IMG/VR virus record: IMGVR_UViG_3300041973_000006 | Span: 1 to 60,513 of that record | DNA length: 60,513 nucleotides | Reading direction: 5' to 3' (one strand) | Origin: a virus | Lineage: Duplodnaviria > Caudoviricetes | Shown here: positions 57,075-60,513 of the stretch, piece after piece | Numbering within the stretch: the first letter of the stretch is position 1 | Layout of the letters: every line of letters begins with the position of its first letter | Position numbers and translations under genes: made by a program | The notes under the pieces: model-generated | What the model saw: only the letters and a program-made list of their open reading frames with translations | Told to the model about the DNA's origin: nothing | The model's database searches: none

Positions 57075-57341
57075 GCCCTTACTGCCCGTTTTCTTTGTTG
57101 CCTTCTTAGGTCGCTTAACCGGCTTGTCGCCGCCATTTACATCTTTTGTTTTAGCAAGTCTCAAGGCTTCCGCGCGTTCGGCGGCACTAAGGCTTTCAAT
57201 GTCATAACGCTGCTTCAATATCTCTTCCAACTGCCTCGGCGGTGTTCGCCCTTCCTTCTCAGCCTCTTTCTTTAGTAATCCCCACAACTCGTCTTTGAAA
57301 TCCCAAAGCAGGCGGTTTCGTTTGTTATCGTCGGGAGCCAA
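57069..57341 (-). CDS. Ribbon-helix-helix repressor (CI-equivalent candidate)
   Basis: RLLWDFKDELWGLLKKEAEKEGRTPPRQLEEILKQRY; AAAGGAG RBS. Confidence 0.65.
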   Translation of the reverse strand: MAPDDNKRNRLLWDFKDELWGLLKKEAEKEGRTPPRQLEEILKQRYDIESLSAAERAEALRLAKTKDVNGGDKPVKRPKKATKKTGSKGS

Positions 57342-57370
57342 TTTGAATCTCCTTTCAGTATACGGCCAGT

Positions 57371-57463
57371 CTATATAACAACTATATCGTTTTTATATCA
57401 CAGCTATATAGAAACGTACAACGGCAAATTTCGGTTGACAACTATATAGTTTCTATATAGTAT
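57371..57463 (+). promoter_or_regulatory. Rightward promoter PR with CTATATAG operator boxes
   Basis: TTGACA (57435)-17 bp-TAGTAT; boxes at 57371/57382/57393/57404 and 57442/57453. Confidence 0.85.
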
Positions 57464-57484
57464 TCGCGCGGAGGTAATCCGCGT

Positions 57485-57691
57485 ATGGCAACTGCCGAAA
57501 CAATGGAACTCAAAAGCGGGCTAATTTCGATTAATAGGCTCTTAATGGATTGTCTGGACGAGGAAGGGGAGCAGGAAGGTCGAAGCCGCTCCAAACAACT
57601 TGAGGCCATTCTGCGCGAGCGATACAGAGACAAAATCGCCGCCCTTGAATCAAGCAAGGCCAGCCCCACGCCGAGACGTAAGACGGCTTAA
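57485..57691 (+). CDS. Ribbon-helix-helix protein (Cro-equivalent candidate)
   Basis: GLISINRLLMDCLDEEGEQEGRSRSKQLEAILRERY; GGAGG RBS; similar to 57069..57341. Confidence 0.65.
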   Translation: MATAETMELKSGLISINRLLMDCLDEEGEQEGRSRSKQLEAILRERYRDKIAALESSKASPTPRRKTA

Positions 57692-58209
57692 GGGTGCTGC
57701 CATGACCACCACCACCCCACCCTCCACCGAATTCGCGCGGGCGCCCCTCGCCCTGTAGTGAGTCTAGGTATGCACGATCACGCCCCTACACGGCCCCGTC
57801 TCAATCACCCCCGCCCAAACGGCAGGGGTGTGAGAATCGCCAAACGCGGGCTCCCGGATGTCTCCGAGAGCGAGGGGGTCGCGAATCACTCCGCAACCAA
57901 GAGCGCCGGCTCGTGCGCGTCGTCAGCCACGTCCGTGTGTATAACGCCAAATACCGGCATCTGCATGATGCCGAACGTCATTTCGCTGCTTTGAATTTGC
58001 ATGTGGATCCTCGGGGTGTGTCGCCCTCGCGCTATAGGGCAGCCGGCCAACGTCGGTGCTCCGGGGCGGGAGCGGGGAGGGGACGTTGCTTCGCGGCTTT
58101 GCGTCGGGGCGAGATGGTTGATCTTTGGCGTCGCCGGGACCGCGCGACGCCGGGGCTAAGGCGACGGATTCTACACTGCGGGGAGCAAGTTTGAAAAGGT
58201 TTCCAGGCC

Positions 58210-58650
58210 ATGAAAATCTATATCGCCAGTAGCTGGAAGAACGTCCACGCCGTCGAGATGCTGACTGCTCTTCTGCGCGAGCGCGGCCACGAAGTCCTGT
58301 CTTTCGTCGAGAACAACCACGGCGAGAATCCCAACTCGGCAGTAAACGAGCGGGCGGGCGAAAAGCCCGTGCCCTTCGATGAATGGTGCGCTTCGGCGGA
58401 CGGCCGCCGCTCTTTCGAGTACGACACGAGCGGCGCCACTCAGTCGGACCTCGTGATCTACGTCGGACCGTCGGGCACGGATGCGTGGGCAGAGGTCGGG
58501 GCGGCCTGGGCGAGCGGTCGAGCAGTGCTCGGTTTATGGGCTAAAGGCGAGCCGGTTGGCCTTATGCGCCGCATGGTCGAGTGGTTTGAAGACTACCGCG
58601 CGTTGCTCAAGGCCGTTGACGAATGTGCCCGCCCGCACGTGGCGGCATGA
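58210..58650 (+). CDS. Nucleoside 2-deoxyribosyltransferase-like protein
   Basis: MKIYIASSWKN..FEYD..SDLVIYVGPSG..AWAEVGAA. Confidence 0.75.
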   Translation: MKIYIASSWKNVHAVEMLTALLRERGHEVLSFVENNHGENPNSAVNERAGEKPVPFDEWCASADGRRSFEYDTSGATQSDLVIYVGPSGTDAWAEVGAAWASGRAVLGLWAKGEPVGLMRRMVEWFEDYRALLKAVDECARPHVAA

Positions 58651-58661
58651 ACGCAGTTCGG

Positions 58662-59473
58662 TTTCCGCGTCGCTAACGGCCGCACCTCCGGGCAGGCGGC
58701 CGGCCCGAGGGGGGCTCGCGGCGGCGACGCGGAAAACAGATTGAAAGCGTGCGGGGCTCCCCTGAGGTGAAACGTCCCCCGCACTACGGAAGGCACGGCC
58801 ACGCCATAAGCCCGTGCCTTCGCTCGCGGCGGGCGCGCTGGTCACTTCCGGGGTGCGCCCGCCGCTACCCATAACGTTTTAGCTCTTTCAGTCGAGGCCG
58901 GGGAGCGGCATTCAGAAGCCGGTTTCACCAAACCGGGGTAAGCCAGTTGAAAGAGACTGGCCCGTAGTACCAGAGGGGCCGCCATGCCGGGACGAGGCAA
59001 GCCCGGCACAAGTTTGGGGCGCGCGAGGGGCAGTTAAGTCAGCCAGCCGTCACAGAGGCCGACCTAGCCGAATTCAACGGACGACGTGCGGCGCTAGTCG
59101 GCGGGTAGCGTCCCCGAACTCAGTTCTTTGCAGTTTCAATTTCGAGCGGCGGTCAGGGGCACGCGCCCCGGCGCGGCGGAAGAGCAGAGGTTGCAGACAC
59201 TCCCCGGCCGCGTTCACCGCAACGACAAGCCAGTCCGCCGCTCGAATCACTTTCGCCGCTCACGTCGGGGGTCGTGAGCGGCCATTCGGGGCCGGGCCCT
59301 GACCCTCGGCGCGTATCGCACGCGTCTTCCTCCTGTATCACCCGGCCCCGCTTTTGAAATTACGCCGAGGCTCGCGCTCTCCCCGCAGGCGGGCCTCACT
59401 AGTGCGGCCGGACTCCCCGCCGGTCGCACGCGTCAGCGCCGGGAGAGAAGCGAGGGGGCCTCTCTCCCGGCGC
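58662..59473 (+). ncRNA. Array of GC-rich stem-loop modules, candidate structured ncRNA(s)
   Basis: No convincing ORF; closing stems e.g. 58662-58673/58724-58735 and 59141-59152/59235-59246. Confidence 0.5.
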
Positions 59474-59493
59474 CAGCTGGAAATGGAGCGGCA

Positions 59494-59709
59494 ATGCCAA
59501 AGATGTCAGTAGAAGAGGACAGTAAAAGAGCGCATGTAGAAGCTGAGGGCGTCACTCTTACCGATGGGACTAAAAACGACATTCTCATTGAGACTCCAAC
59601 CCAGTTCTTCTCGCTGAGAGAACTCCTTCAGCCATTCATGCATAACGCGGCGGGCGTGAAGCTTAGTCTGCGCGTCGAGCTCATGCCGCCCGCTTCGCCG
59701 AAGAAATGA
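59494..59709 (+). CDS. Hypothetical protein
   Basis: GGAG RBS. Confidence 0.5.
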   Translation: MPKMSVEEDSKRAHVEAEGVTLTDGTKNDILIETPTQFFSLRELLQPFMHNAAGVKLSLRVELMPPASPKK

Positions 59710-60069
59710 GGTGACTGTGCCGGTAGGACTCGAAGCGGACCACATCCTCGGAAAATCCGAGGCGCAGCGCGAGCGCGAGGCTCGCGAGAGACAGGAGAGA
59801 GGCGATGTCGACATGCGAAGTGAGACCGGACATCCGCGGGAAGAGGCCGCTCAGGCCAGTTGATGATCGCGTCTTCTATCTCGTCACGCGCGAGGGCGGA
59901 CGTGCCTACGTCAGAGCTTCGGCCATTACGGCCGTCGAGGTCGAACAGTTCTCCGATGCCGACGTGGTAACGATCCACTACGGCTCGCATGGCTATCTTC
60001 AATGCAGCTTAGCGGCGGCTACCGAAGCGCTCAAATACTTCGCGGCGCTCGTCGAGGCACAGGAGATTT

Positions 60070-60411
60070 ATGCCGAAGGATTTAACGATTCGGGAGCTTC
60101 AGACTCAACTCCCTTGGACAGTTCACTATCACCATGACTTCCGCGCGTCCCCGATGGCGCACAAGGATTTCGCTCACGCGTTGCTGCACGTTCAGAAGGC
60201 GGCGGGGAAGCTCGCGGCCGTGGTAAACGACGCCGAGCATGGCGGCAGCGAGTTCAAGCCCGAAGAGGTGGACCGCTTCGTCGCCGACCTAGTCGTCTGC
60301 GCCCTCCGCATGGCTAACACCTGCCCTGGCCGCACCATCGATTTACAGCGTGCTGTCGAGGACAGGATCGAGAACAAGAACCAGGCCGAGTTGAGGCGCG
60401 AGCCGCAGTAG
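60070..60411 (+). CDS. MazG-like all-alpha NTP pyrophosphohydrolase fold protein
   Basis: HALLHVQKAAGKLAAVV..VADLVVCALRMAN..IDLQRAVEDRIE; AGGAG RBS. Confidence 0.6.
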   Translation: MPKDLTIRELQTQLPWTVHYHHDFRASPMAHKDFAHALLHVQKAAGKLAAVVNDAEHGGSEFKPEEVDRFVADLVVCALRMANTCPGRTIDLQRAVEDRIENKNQAELRREPQ

Positions 60412-60513
60412 GGTGGCCTCTTAACTATCACGTGAGGATGCCTGAAGGCACGATAAATGCGGGGGGGGGGGGGGGGGGAATTAACAGTCGAGCACCCATG
60501 GAAATGAACCCCC

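Larger units (their letters stand above)
1..60513. mobile_element. Temperate contractile-tailed phage genome, apparently complete/circular, possibly a phage-plasmid
   Basis: Full head-tail-lysis-replication-immunity gene set; degenerate overlap of the two ends (39-69 vs 60483-60513); no integrase recognised. Confidence 0.9.

Noticed and set aside
60461-60478. Poly-G tract as a real G-quadruplex or telomere
   Set aside because: At the contig end next to a degraded copy of the start; length and sequence are unreliable, and no protelomerase was recognised

Overview
The window looks like a near-complete, probably circular ~60.5 kb temperate myovirus genome with a contractile tail. No integrase was recognised, so it may be a phage-plasmid. 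The + strand carries early/replication genes (RNase H, a lambda-O-like initiator with four iterons, YopX), an expanded lysis block, then terminase, portal, protease, capsid, sheath/tube, tape measure, baseplate and fibre genes. A second plasmid-like module (ExeA-type AAA+ ATPase plus HTH Rep with internal repeats) follows. A long leftward early operon holds a ParB/ThiF(E1)/E2/Ubl PRTRC-like cassette and a Sak/Rad52-like annealase. The immunity region uses two divergent ribbon-helix-helix proteins and two nearly identical outward-facing promoters that enclose a TPR-HTH-S24 regulator and a divergent secreted-peptide gene, a candidate arbitrium-like signalling pair. Other notable items: an ETR1-like ethylene/Cu-binding membrane domain plus a stand-alone receiver domain inside the lysis block, about ten dispersed copies of a 14-18 bp palindrome (one inside the ParB-like gene), a duplicated 33 bp late-promoter element, a +1 UCC-UUU-CGU frameshift in the tail chaperone, and an ~830 bp hairpin array. 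A host in Acidobacteriota (Blastocatellia/Pyrinomonadaceae-like) is inferred from protein styles only. All family calls come from motif recognition by eye; no database searches were run.
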